Of a stretch of DNA of 64,000 nt, positions 11,132 through 22,681 are shown piece by piece. The stretch spans positions 1,612,001 to 1,676,000 of the forward strand of contig JAUFOQ010000003.1 of the NCBI GenBank assembly GCA_040285855.1. The letters are read 5' to 3'. The notes under the pieces were generated by a model. It searched no databases. It was given only the letters and a program-made list of their open reading frames with translations, and had not been told where the DNA came from. Position numbers and translations under genes: made by a program. This DNA comes from Eukaryota sp. GEM-RC1. Lineage: Eukaryota. How positions within the stretch are numbered: the stretch's first letter is position 1; every line of letters begins with the position of its first letter.

Positions 11132-14100
11132 ATGAATCGGGACATCGTTGTCCTATTGTTCCTGTTAGTCTCCACTGCTATCGTAGATGGGCATGATCGT
11201 CAGGATCTCAGCTCCTTTGAACTCAAAAACCGTTCCTTCTTTTTCGATCCCTTCTTGAATTTGGACAAGTGGACTGTTGTTTCAAATGATAAGTATCATG
11301 GTCAGTGGAGCGTTGAAGTCGTGAAACCACCAACAGGCATTCCCTTCGATGAAGGTCTGGTTATGAAAACCCCTGCTTCGTATCATGCTATTTTCACAAG
11401 GCTCAAACAGCCTGTAGTTTTAAAGCAACAGTCCTTGGTTCTTCAGTATGAAGTTCGCTATCAGAAACACCCAATCTCTTGTGCTGGGACTTACATGAAG
11501 CTTCTTAGAACTACTCCAACTGGTTCTGATTTCTCTGACGATACTCCTTACGTTATCATGTTCGGCCCCGATGTCTGTGGTTCCTCCAAAGTCCACTTCG
11601 TCTTCACATCTTTAAACCCAATCACCAACAAGTACGAAGAACATCATTTGGTTAATCCTCCTTCTGTTCAGAATGATGGTCTTACCCATCTCTACACCCT
11701 CATCGTTGATCCCAAAACCAATGACTTCCAAATCAAGATAGATGACAAGATCGTGTCTTCTGGAAGTCTTTTGACTTCTTTGAACCTCCCGTTAACCCTC
11801 CCAAGCAGATTCCTGACCCTAAAGTCCAAAAACCTAATAACTGGGATGACCGTCTACTTATTCCAGATCCTTCAGTCCAAAAGCCTTTGTACTGGGATCA
11901 GCCAGAGTTCATTCCTGATCCAGATGCTGTTAAACCTGACGATTGGAATGAAGATGCTGATGGTGAATGGGAACCTCCAGTTGTTGATAATCCCGAGTTC
12001 TATGGTGAATGGATTCCTCCAATGGTTTTGAATCCTGATTATAAAGGAAAGTTTGAAGTTCCACTCATTGACAATCCTAATTACTTTCAACTATCTCAGC
12101 CATTAAAGAAGTTGAAAGTTGAAGCTATTGGTATGGAAGTTTGGACTTTGGATGAGGATATTCTCATTGACAATGTTCTTTTAACTCACGATGAGACTGT
12201 AGCAATGAGTCTAGCCAAAGAAACCTTTCATGTAAAGCAGGCAAATGAAGTGGAGGAAACAATTGTTGAGGAACTTCCTGTTGATGAAGAATTAAAGGCA
12301 GTGGTTAAAGAGACGTTCTTGCTGATTGTTAGATTGTTTTCAAATTCTTGTCAGGCAATTGATGACGTGCTTCCAATCGGCAGTGTCTGTTCTCTTGTTG
12401 TTTTAACCATTCTTTTTGTTGTTATTTTCCAGCCATTTAACCGTGACTACAAACATGCTGTTCACCCTGAACTTAAAGTAAATGAAGGTTCTAAGAAGCT
12501 TGGTAATGATATCAGTTCTATTGTTGATCAGATTGACGAGGTAGAACCTGGAGAGAATCTTGGTGAAACTGAAGAGAGGAAGCAAGACGAGCATGATGAG
12601 TTTACTGACGATGTTGTTGAAACTGCAGAACGTTTACCAGTTGAACCTGTTGTTGGAGAAGAACAATCAGTTGAAGTTACTGCTGATGATGACCAAGTTG
12701 TTCAAGAAGAATTGCCAGTTGAAACTGTTGTTGAAGAAGAACAATCAGTTGAATTTACTGCTGATGATGAACAAGTTGTTCAAGAAGAATTGCCAGTTGA
12801 AACTGTAGATGAACAAGAACAATCAGTTGAAGTTACTGCTGATGATGAACAAGTTACTCATGAACAATTGCCAGTTGAAACTGTTGTTGAAGAAGAACAA
12901 TCAGTTGAAGTTACTGCTGATGATGATCAAATTACTCTTGAACAATTACCTGTTGAAACTGTAGTTGAAGAAGAACAATCAGTTGAAGTTACTGCTGATG
13001 ATGATCAAATTACTCATGAACAATTACCTGTTGAAACTGTAGTTGAAGAAGAACAATCACTTGAAGTTGCTGATGATGATGAACAAATTACTTATGAACA
13101 ATTGCCAGTTGAAACTTTCGTTGAAGAACAATCAGTTGAAGTTACTGCTGATGATGAACAAATTACTCATGAACAATTACCAATTGAAACTGTAGTTGAA
13201 GAAGAACAATTGCCAATGGAAACTGTAGTTGAAGAAGAACAATCAGTTGAAGTTGCTGATGATGATGAACAAATTACTCATGAACAATTAGCTGTTGAAA
13301 CTGTAGTTGAAGAAGAACAATCAGTTGAAGTTACTGCTTCTGATGAACAAATTACTCATGAACAATTAGCTGTTGAAACTGTAGTTGAAGAAGAACAATC
13401 AGTTGAAGTTACTGCTTCTGATGAACAAATTACTAATGAACAATTACCAGTTCAAACTTTCGTTGAAGAAGAACAATCAGTTGAAGTTGCTGATGATGAT
13501 GAACAAATTACTAATGAACAATTAGCTGTTGAAACTGTAGTTGAAGAAGAACAATCAGTTGAAGTTACTGCTTCTGATGAACAAATTACTAATGAACAAT
13601 TAGCTGTTGAAACTGTAGTTGAAGACGAACAATCAGTTGAAGTTACTGCTGATGATGAACAAATTACTCATGAACAATTACCTGTTGAAACTGTAGTTGA
13701 AGAAGAACAATCAGTTGAAGTTACTGCTGATGATGAACAAATTACTCATGAACAATTACCTGTTGAAACTGTAGTTGAAGAAGACCAATCAGTTGAAGTT
13801 GCTGATGATGATGAACAAGTTACTCATGAACAATTGCCAGTTGAAACTGTAGTTGAAGAAGAACAATCAGTTGAAGTTACTGCTGATGATGAACAAGTTA
13901 CTCGTGAACAATTGCCCGTTGAAACTGTCGTTGAAGAAGAACAATCAGTTGAAGTTACTGCTGATGATGAACAAGTTACTCGTGAACAATTGCCAGTTGA
14001 AACTGTCGTTGAAGAAGAACAATCAGTTGAAGTTACTGCTGATGATGAACAAGTTACTCATGAACAATTACCAATTGAAACTGTAGTTGAAGAAGAACAA

Positions 14101-16173
14101 TCAGTTGAAGTTACTGCTGATGATGAACAAGTTACTCATGAACAATTGCCAGTTGAAACTGTAGTTGAAGAAGAACAATCAGTTGAAGTTACTGCTGATG
14201 ATGAACAAGTTACTCGTGAACAATTGCCAGTTGAAACTGTAGTTGAAGAAGAACAATCAGTTGAAGTTACTGCTGATGATGAACAAGTTACTCGTGAACA
14301 ATTGCCAGTTGAAACTGTAGTTGAAGAAGAACAATCAGTTGAAGTTACTGCTTCTGATGAACAATTAGCTGTTGAAACTGTCGTTGAAGAAGAACAATCA
14401 GATGAAGTTACTGCTGATGATGATCAAATTACTCATGAACAATTACCAATTGAAACTGTTGTTGAAGAAGAACAATCAGTTGACGTTACTGCTGATGATG
14501 AACAAATTACTCATGAACAATTACCAATTGAAACTGTCGTTGAAGAAGAACAATCAGTTGAAATTACTACTAATGATGAACAAGTTACTCATGAACAATT
14601 ACCAGTTGAAACTGTAGTTGAAGAAGAACAATCAGTTGAAGTTACTGCTGATGATGAACAAGTTACTCATGAACAATTACCAATTGAAACTGTAGTTGAA
14701 GAAGATCAATCAGCTGAAGTTACTGCTGCTGATGAACAAATTACTCAAGAACAATTACCAATTGAAACTGTAGTTGAAGAAGAACAATCAGTTGAAGTTA
14801 CTGCTGATGATGATCAAATTACTCATGAACAATTACCAGTTGAAACTGTAGTTGAAGAAGAACAATCAGTTGAAGTTACTGCTGATGATGATCAAATTAC
14901 TCATGAACAATTACCAGTTGAAACTGTAGTTGAAGAAGAACAATCAGTTGAAGTTACTGCTGATGATGAACAAGTTACTCATGAACAATTACCAATTGAA
15001 ACTGTAGTTGAAGAAGATCAATCAGCTGAAGTTACTGCTGCTGATGAACAAATTACTCAAGAACAATTACCAATTGAAACTGTAGTTGAAGAAGAACAAT
15101 CAGTTGAAGTTACTGCTGATGATGATCAAATTACTCATGAACAATTACCAGTTGAAACTGTAGTTGAAGAAGAACAATCAGTTGAAGTTACTACTAATGA
15201 TGAACAAATTACTCATGAACAATTACCAATTGAAACTGTAGTTGAAGAAGAACATTCAGTTGAAGTTACTACTAATGATGAACAAATTTCTCATGAACAA
15301 TTACCAATTGAAACTGTAGTTGAAGAAGAACATTCAGTTGAAGTTACTACTAATGATGAACAAGTTACTCATGAACAATTACCAATTGAAACTGTAGTTG
15401 AAGAAGAACATTCAGTTGAAGTTACTACTAATGATGAACAAGTTACTCATGAACAATTGCCAGTTGAAACTGTCGTTGAAGAAGAACAATCAGTTGAAGT
15501 TACTGCTTCTGATGAACAAATTACTCATGAACAATTGCCAGTTGAAACTGTCGTTAAGGAAGAACAATCAGTTGAAGTTACTGCTTCTGATGAACAAATT
15601 ACTCATGAACAATTGCCAGTTGAAACTGTCGTTAAGGAAGAACAATCAGTTGAAGTTACTGCTTCTGATGAACAAATTACCCATGAACAATTGCCAGTTG
15701 AAACTGTCGTTAAGGAAGAACAATCAGTTGAAGTTACTGATGATGGTAAGGATTCCACTTTAACAGTTACTGTTCCTCGACGATCTTCATCTGTTTCCCA
15801 CGTTGTTCTTCCGTTTCACTCCACAACAACTCGAGCATCATCAAAGAAACTTCGAAATCTCTATCTCCAAGGGTATCTCATGAAACAATCTGGAGTGCTT
15901 AAACGTTGGAAGAAACGTTGGTTTGTTCTCTCCAACCAAGTATTATCCTACTATGAGAACAGCACTACTTCAGAACCCAAAAACCGTCTTCATTTGACCT
16001 CTGTAAGTACTGTGGGTTCTCTGCCGAAACATTTTGCCATTAAAGTAAACAATCGGGATAGATGTTTCTTTGTCTGTGTAGCACCTGGGGAACGTGTCTA
16101 TTATCTTGAGGCAAATAGCATTGCTGATCAAAAGAGATGGATTGGTGCTATTACAAAAGCTGTTGCCCCTTAA
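11132..16173 (+). CDS. Calnexin-like lumenal domain + TM + ~40 acidic 26-aa repeats + PH domain; frameshift at ~11780
   Basis: Signal peptide MNRDIVVLLFLLVSTAIVDG; calnexin/calreticulin motifs VLQYEVR, CAGTYMKLL, YVIMFGPDVCG; P-domain IPDPDAVKPDDWNEDADGEWEPP; IGMEVWT; TM ~12376-12438; PH ~15860-16160. Confidence 0.85.
12630..15740 (+). repeat. Coding tandem array, 78-bp unit, ~40 copies; same family as 2330-9875 but more heterogeneous
   Basis: Direct repeat periodicity; peptide EQLPVETVVEEEQSVEVTADDEQITH. Confidence 0.95.
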
Positions 16174-16752
16174 CTGTCCTTTTTTGTGTTGTATATTATT
16201 CGATTTCGTTGTATATTTTAAATAAATAGTTAGATTCTCAAAATCTTTATCAATAGTTGTATCAGTCGTCGATTTGAAAAACAACTTGTGAACCCAACAA
16301 TGTAAATTGAAATGGTGTAATTATCGAGCTTATAATATGACACATTGAACCCATGCACACTCTTTCCTTGACTCTATACAATAAAGTTCTTAACACCAGA
16401 AAAGACACTAATGTTGAATTCATTTGGGGTGCATACTCCCCAAAATCATTTTACCCCAAATACTCTTCACCCCATAACCACATCCCCAAACTGATTCACT
16501 TATACCTTCTTTGATGGATTCCATACATCGTTTGATATCCAGTGTTGAGCTTCTTTCAAGATAGAGACGTGTTTGCAGGTATTCGTTCTTAGACTTGTGA
16601 ACCGTGTTCATCCATGTCAAGAATAAAATCAACGTTGTACAACCATCTTACAACACATACATCACATTGACATCTTATCCTCCCAAGGAAAACATCAAGG
16701 TTTGCTTCATGAAGCTTCATGCATCAGAAGACACAAAGACACCAAGTTATAA

Positions 16753-17601
16753 CCCCTGCTTGGATTCTATCTCCGTTGAGTCGATATATGGATAGCTTTT
16801 TCTCCTCTCCCGTTGATGTCATGCTGCCACCTTGTTGTTTGTATTTGACCCAATATGAGGCGGAATCCCCTGCTTGGATTCTATCTCCGTTGAGTCGATA
16901 TATGGATAGCTTTTTCTCCTCTCCCGTTGATGTCATGCTGCCACCTTGTTGTTTGTATTTGACCCAATATGAGGCGGAATCCCCTGCTTGGATTCTATCT
17001 CCGTTGAGTCGATATATGGATAGCTTTTTCTCCTCTCCCGTTGATGTCATGCTGCCACCTTGTTGTTTGTATTTGACCCAATATGAGGCGGAATCCCCTG
17101 CTTGGATTCTATCTCCGTTGAGTCGATATATGGATAGCTTTTTCTCCTCTCCCGTTGATGTCATGCTGCCACCTTGTTGTTTGTATTTGACCCAATATGA
17201 GGCGGAATCCCCTGCTTGGATTCTATCTCCGTTGAGTCGATATATGGATAGCTTTTTCTCCTCTCCCGTTGATGTCATGCTGCCACCTTGTTGTTTGTAT
17301 TTGACCCAATATGAGGCGGAATCCCCTGCTTGGATTCTATCTCCGTTGAGTCGATATATGGATAGCTTTTTCTCCTCTCCCGTTGATGTCATGCTGCCAC
17401 CTTGTTGTTTGTATTTGACCCAATATGAGGCGGAATCCCCTGCTTGGATTCTATCTCCGTTGAGTCCATATATGGATAGCTTTTTCTCCTCTCCCGTTGA
17501 TGTCATGCTGCCACCTTGTTGTTTGTATTTGACCCAATATGAGGCGGAATCCCCTGCTTGGATTCTATCTCCGTTGAGTCGATATATGGATAGCTTTTTC
17601 T
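16753..17601 (+). repeat. Near-perfect 114-bp tandem repeat, 7 full copies + 1 partial
   Basis: Unit cccctgcttggattctatctccgttgagtcg...gaggcggaat starts at 16753, 16867, 16981, 17095, 17209, 17323, 17437, 17551; one substitution seen, in copy 7. Confidence 0.97.
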
Positions 17602-17687
17602 ATGTTGTGAAAACACTTCCATCTCTGCTGTTGTATGTACTCTACTTCTATTCATGTGTTATCCCTTCCCATCCTCCGTTCCCAAAA

Positions 17688-17729
17688 GACCTCACCGCTG
17701 ATGGTGATATTGAATCCAATCCAGGACCC
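17688..17729 (+). other. 2A / StopGo ribosomal skipping peptide DLTADGDIESNPG|P
   Basis: Exact match to the D(V/I)ExNPG|P consensus, in frame with ORF 16719-18578. Confidence 0.9.
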
Positions 17730-18400
17730 GTAACTCAAGAAGCCATAAACTCAGTTTATCCTCATCAATGGGTTGATGACGAAGCGATAGTGGAGTACTG
17801 TAAAGTGATATTTCAAGAAGCAGAGTTAGACTTTGAAAGCATGTTTATCCATCCGACCACATTGCTTCAATATATTGTTTCACCAGATGCCCCGCTAGAT
17901 CAATGGTTGTTGACGAAAATTGAGAAAAATCAAATCATAAACTCCAAATACCTCTTTGTTCCCCTTAGTGATACCATGACTAGAAATGCTAATTATTCCA
18001 GAGAAGGTGTCACTGGTTCTCATTGGGGTTTAGCCATTATAGACTGTTGTGAAAAGGAATGGATCTTCATTGATCCAATGTTAACTACCGTCGATATGAG
18101 TAAGTCTATGGTAAAATCAGCTGTAGACATATTATTCGAAGTACTTGTGCCATGGGGGTATGATTTCCGTTATGTGCATGTGACTAAAAGTCAGTCTGCT
18201 AACGACTTTGGAGTTTATGTCATTGCGTATATTCAAAAATATGTTGAACTTTTTAAAAGACTCATGTATGTTCCGTCTCTGATGTATATGGAGTCTGATT
18301 TGGTCCAAGTGAACATTGAACTTCAAGCAGACATATTTCGTGAAGAAATTCTGGAGGTCTTGTCTCAACAAAGGACACTTTATCTACAACAACGTCAAAC
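17730..18400 (+). CDS. SENP8/NEDP1-like (Ulp1/C48) cysteine protease domain; catalytic Cys replaced by Phe
   Basis: QWVDDEAI; YLFVPLSD...GSHWGLAII (His 18021); IFIDPM (Asp 18072); SQSANDFGVYV with TTT at 18207 where DCG is expected. Confidence 0.8.
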
Positions 18401-18858
18401 CACAGTAGCTCCTATTGTACCATCGTTACCCATTCAACCTCCTGCCGGTAAAGAACATCCACTTCAATTCCTCTCACAGGTTCACGTCTTGCTAGCACTA
18501 AAACATCTACTGGTTTTAGCACTAAAAAAAGTAAGCCCAAAATTTCTGATATTCCATCACCACGAGGTTCACCTTTAATTCAACGAAATAAATTTAGAAC
18601 TACCAGCTCCCTTGTTTCAACTGGTGACACTCCAATACGAAAGACTCACCGCCGTATGTCCACATTGGAATCATCTGAAGTACCACCATCTGAATTGGCT
18701 CCATCACCATCTGAAGTACCACCATCTGAACTACCACCAAAATCACAGGCCTCCATTATGTCGTATCCATCGCCAATTCAAGAAGAAATCCAAAAAATGG
18801 AAGTAAATCTACACACTGAGCCTATAGAAGAAGAAATACAAATTCAAGACTTTCTTAA

Positions 18859-19790
18859 ATCCCCTCTACTTTGGAACAATCTACCAACTTTTTGTTTAAT
18901 TCATGTTCAAAGAGATTTTGCCAAAAAGAAAGAATTATTGGCAGAAATGTTCAACTTGTTCAAGAAGATGATGATTACATTGAAACTGTTGAAGGTGAAG
19001 CTGAAGATCAATTAGAAGTTAAACGTGATTCTTCTGTTGATCCGATTGTATCAATTTCCATCCAGATCATTGATCACAATGAGTTTAATGAAAAGCATTT
19101 ATTTTCTCATGGCAATTTTGATACTACAAACTTGGATTTGTGTACTTTACATATTTCAGATAGTGAATCCAGTATGCTTAAAAACTTCATTTCCTTCATT
19201 ACTCAACATTGTCCACGATTGTTTGTGAGTTATGACTTTCACTTAGATACATTTCCCTTTCTTGTATCACGTTGTCAAGTCCTCAAAATCAATACAACGT
19301 TTACTTTTCCAGAATTTAAACCCTACATTCCCTTTTGGTTCAACAAATGGTGTAAGGAAACAACTTTTGGTCCGTTTTTTAGTCTTGATTTGAATGCTGT
19401 ACTGAAGAATTTTTATGTCTTTACTGGTGGCCGTTTTTTGGAAAATGTTGTTCAAATTTTTCTTGAAATGAATAATTTTTCTAAAAATGAAACTGTCAAA
19501 CGCTTGGAAGAACTTAATCATGACTCTGATCCTGATGAAGTTCAATTGGTCAATAATGTCCAAAACTTGCATGGCATAATTGACAGTATTAATGTTTTAG
19601 TTCCAGACAATCCCAAAGTGAAGGTCGATAAGATTAAAAAGAAATTTGTAAGAAATTTGGAGAAAGTAAATGAACTTTGGGCCAAGGAATCGACAAGACC
19701 GCTATTGTTGATCAACTCAATTCAACAATTACCTCTGATTGAGTACTTGTTGGCTGACCTATTGGATCCCAAAAACAAACATTACGTTCA
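18859..19790 (+). CDS. Family-B DNA polymerase 3'-5' exonuclease-like (DEDD fold) domain, catalytically degenerate
   Basis: DPIVSISI...SESSMLKNFISFITQHCPRLFVSYDFHLDTFPFLVSRCQVLKI...SLDLNAVLKNFY...LENVVQIFL parallels the Pol delta exo pattern (DPVIQI...E..LL..W..FI...DPD.ITGYN...FDLPYLI.RA..L...D.L.V...L..V...FL). ExoI DxE appears as NVQ. Confidence 0.65.
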
Positions 19791-19799
19791 AAGTCACCA

Positions 19800-22681
19800 A
19801 TGAAAGTGGTTAAGAAACGACTAGACAATGTTGTGTCCAAAGCGAAGGTTAAATTTATTGAATCTCGTGTTAAGAGAGCTCACCAAGTAAGAGTCCGTAG
19901 TACTCTCTTTTTGAAACATTTTTTTGTTCATAATTTTCACCATTCTGGTATTTTAGGTTACATTCAGAAGTTACTGCCTGCTACTGTTCCAAATGTAACT
20001 GTTAAGGAAGAAATGAATTCTGATACAGATGAGTCAACTGAAGAAGAAACAGATGTACCTTCAGAGTCTATCCATGCTGCTACTCCTCCTATTAAATTAG
20101 AAAATATTGAAGATGCGAGTGATGAACCTAAACCTGAACCTGACCTTTGGACTAAAATTCAAACTGCCAAAATTGAATTGCCAGACTGGAAGAATTTTTT
20201 ACGTTGAAATCAATGGAACAAGTGTTGTCTATGATGACGATTAGGGACAACAAACTTGTAAACAATCAGAATCATATGGAGACTGTACAAGAATCGTTAA
20301 CAAACATAATTTCTAACACAAATGATGGCTCAACTCAAAATCAGTTTGCTCAACACTTATTGTTTCATTACATTCCTCGTTTAGAACTAGCTGCTGATTC
20401 CGTTGGACTTGATAGGATTGTGTTTCCCAGTAGCCATCGTTTATCTCCTATATTGCATTACATGGCTACAGAAATTATTACAAATTACAAGAATAACATG
20501 AGTGAACACTTTCACGAATATGTTTTTCAAGTATTTAATTTGGTTACCCTGAAAAAGATAGACTTAACAAGCTTACTGATGAGAATCAACGACAAGAGTT
20601 GTGTACAAAGCTTAATGAAGTCAGACAGTTGATCATTAATGGGGAAATTTCAAAAATTAATTTTCAAGATGTTGAAATGTTTCCTGATCCCAATTCTAGA
20701 CTGAGTTTACTATTTTTTAATTATTTGTTTACTTTTTTTGAAGGTAAAACGGAGAAAACAATCTATTATGCTGAAAAAGTAGATCCTTTGAAATTCTTAA
20801 GTCATGCAGTGTATTTGAAACGTCTTGTTGAAGACTCTTGTACTGGTGTTACTGCCAATAATCCTTTTCCTCTGACAAAATCATTGATTCCTAATCATAT
20901 CAGATTGGATACTACATGGTTTAAAAAAGTTTATGCATCAGAAATTAAAGGTAGCTTTGATGACGTTCGAAAAGATATTTGGCACTCAGTTTTGAAACCA
21001 AAGTTTCTTCCAAAGTCATTGTCTCATGACTTCAAATACAGTTCCATTTCTACAGATGGAGTTAGCTGTAGTTTAATGATGATGCGGAAAGATCTGCTTG
21101 ATGGGAGAGGAAATCCTCATAAGAAGGTGAAAGCTGTTGACTACACAGCTACTGAAAGGTACATTGATTCTTTGAGTTCCACAGAAATTCAAAACTTAAA
21201 TTTGAAATCAAAAAGAATTGTTGCTATTGATCCTAATCAGCATGATTTGATGTATTGTGCTTCTTTAAAATCTAAGGAGGAAAAGAAAATCGAAGGTTTC
21301 GATACATCAGCCAATCTCAGAAGAAGAAAGATTTGTCCAAAATCGTCAAAGAAAAAAGGAAGCTTGAAAAAATTAAAAAAGGAATTGAAGGATTGGAAAG
21401 ACGCACCTACTATTGACAAACCATCAACTGTCAAGTTGAAAAATCGAGACAATTGGAAAGTATTCAGATACACTGCTGGGGAACGCAATGCCGATATTAA
21501 AAAGTCTCCATGGAAAAGAAAAAAACAAGGAAGGAAAGAAAAAGAGCTAAGAGAAAGAAGAGGAAGCTGGAGAAGAAAATAAGACGATACAATCTCCACC
21601 GTTTATCTGAATCCGAACGGTTACAACAATATTCTACTCAATTTATTCACATTCCAGATGGCAGACGCATTGACATAAATGGGCAACAAATTTTAGATCA
21701 ATGGGGCTCTAACTCGCCAGGCAGTAGATCTTGTGATTTGACTCAGTATTCTGATTTTGTTCTTGGTAAAGAAATTACCTGTTCTTTATTACGATCACCC
21801 ACTACTGATCAAAGAAATACTGAAGGAATTTACGAAGAAAAGTGGTTTAGGAGGAATCGTCTCACACAGTATTCAAGAAAGGAACGAAGTGAGAAAAACA
21901 TGCTTCACAGATTTGCTCTCCAATTTGGTAACCCAGATGAAGTCGTTGTTGGGTATGGAGACTGGAACGACACTACTTTTCGTCGAAGAAGAGGTAAAGC
22001 ATCTACTGTAAAAGGTGCTTCAATTCGGAAATTATTGGGAAAATTTGGATTTAAAGTGTTCCTAGTTGATGAATTTAAGACCAGTAAATGTTGCTCTGCA
22101 TGTGTTTCCAGAAACGACGAAGGTATCTGTTCCAATCCTGAAAGGATAAAAGTCACTGATCCTCATTGGAAGAAGAAGTTACAGAAGGAAGAGAAAGAAT
22201 TAAAAAGGAAATTATGGAACACAATCACTTAGACAATATTGTGGAGCGTAACTTTGATGAAGAATGGACTGACCAGTTGCCATTTTCGAAAGAAAGATTG
22301 AAGAACAACAAAGTCTCACCATGGGGCTTAGTTGAATGTGCTAAATGTCATGTCCTCTGGAATAGAGACTTCAACTCTGCTATCAATATTTACAATATTG
22401 TAAATGGAACCATTCAAGGTCAAGGTAGACCTGCCATCCTCGAGAGACCAAAATCTCAAACAACACCTGTCGTGGATGGCGGGAATACAGATCAGATTCC
22501 TAAGAAAAAGACTGTGAGTAAGGGTAAGGGTAAGGCAAAACGTCCTCCAACAACTGTCAGAGGTCCTAACAAGTGTCGTATATGTTCTCAACCTGGACAT
22601 AACAAAACAACTTGTCCAAATAAGCCTAAGAAAGATGTACCCAAGGACTCACACGTAAACCAGAAAGATCAGGAATCTTGA
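19800..22681 (+). CDS. Fanzor1: Fanzor1 (eukaryotic TnpB-derived RNA-guided RuvC endonuclease), ~960 aa, split by ~4 frameshifts; C-terminal CCHC knuckle
   Basis: N-terminal ILHYMATEIITNYKNNMSEHF; HIRLDT; ISTDGVSCSL; RuvC-I IVAIDPN (Asp 21229); VVVGYGDW (GDW at 21957); VDEFKTSKCCSAC (Glu 22071); CAKC..WNRDFNSAINI (Asp 22367); CRICSQPGHNKTTC at 22574-22615. Confidence 0.9.

Noticed and set aside
2428..15763. Many MKKNNQLKLLLMM... ORFs
   Set aside because: Alternate-frame shadows of the 78-bp coding repeats.
16724..17506. 260-aa antisense repeat ORF, and a possible CRISPR-like array near an RNA-guided nuclease
   Set aside because: Units are identical head-to-tail with no variable spacers; the antisense ORF is a by-product of the repeat.
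781..18400. Functional link between the CSN1-like gene (deneddylation complex) and the SENP8-like domain
   Set aside because: They are 16 kb apart and one lies inside a mobile element; no evidence beyond coincidence.
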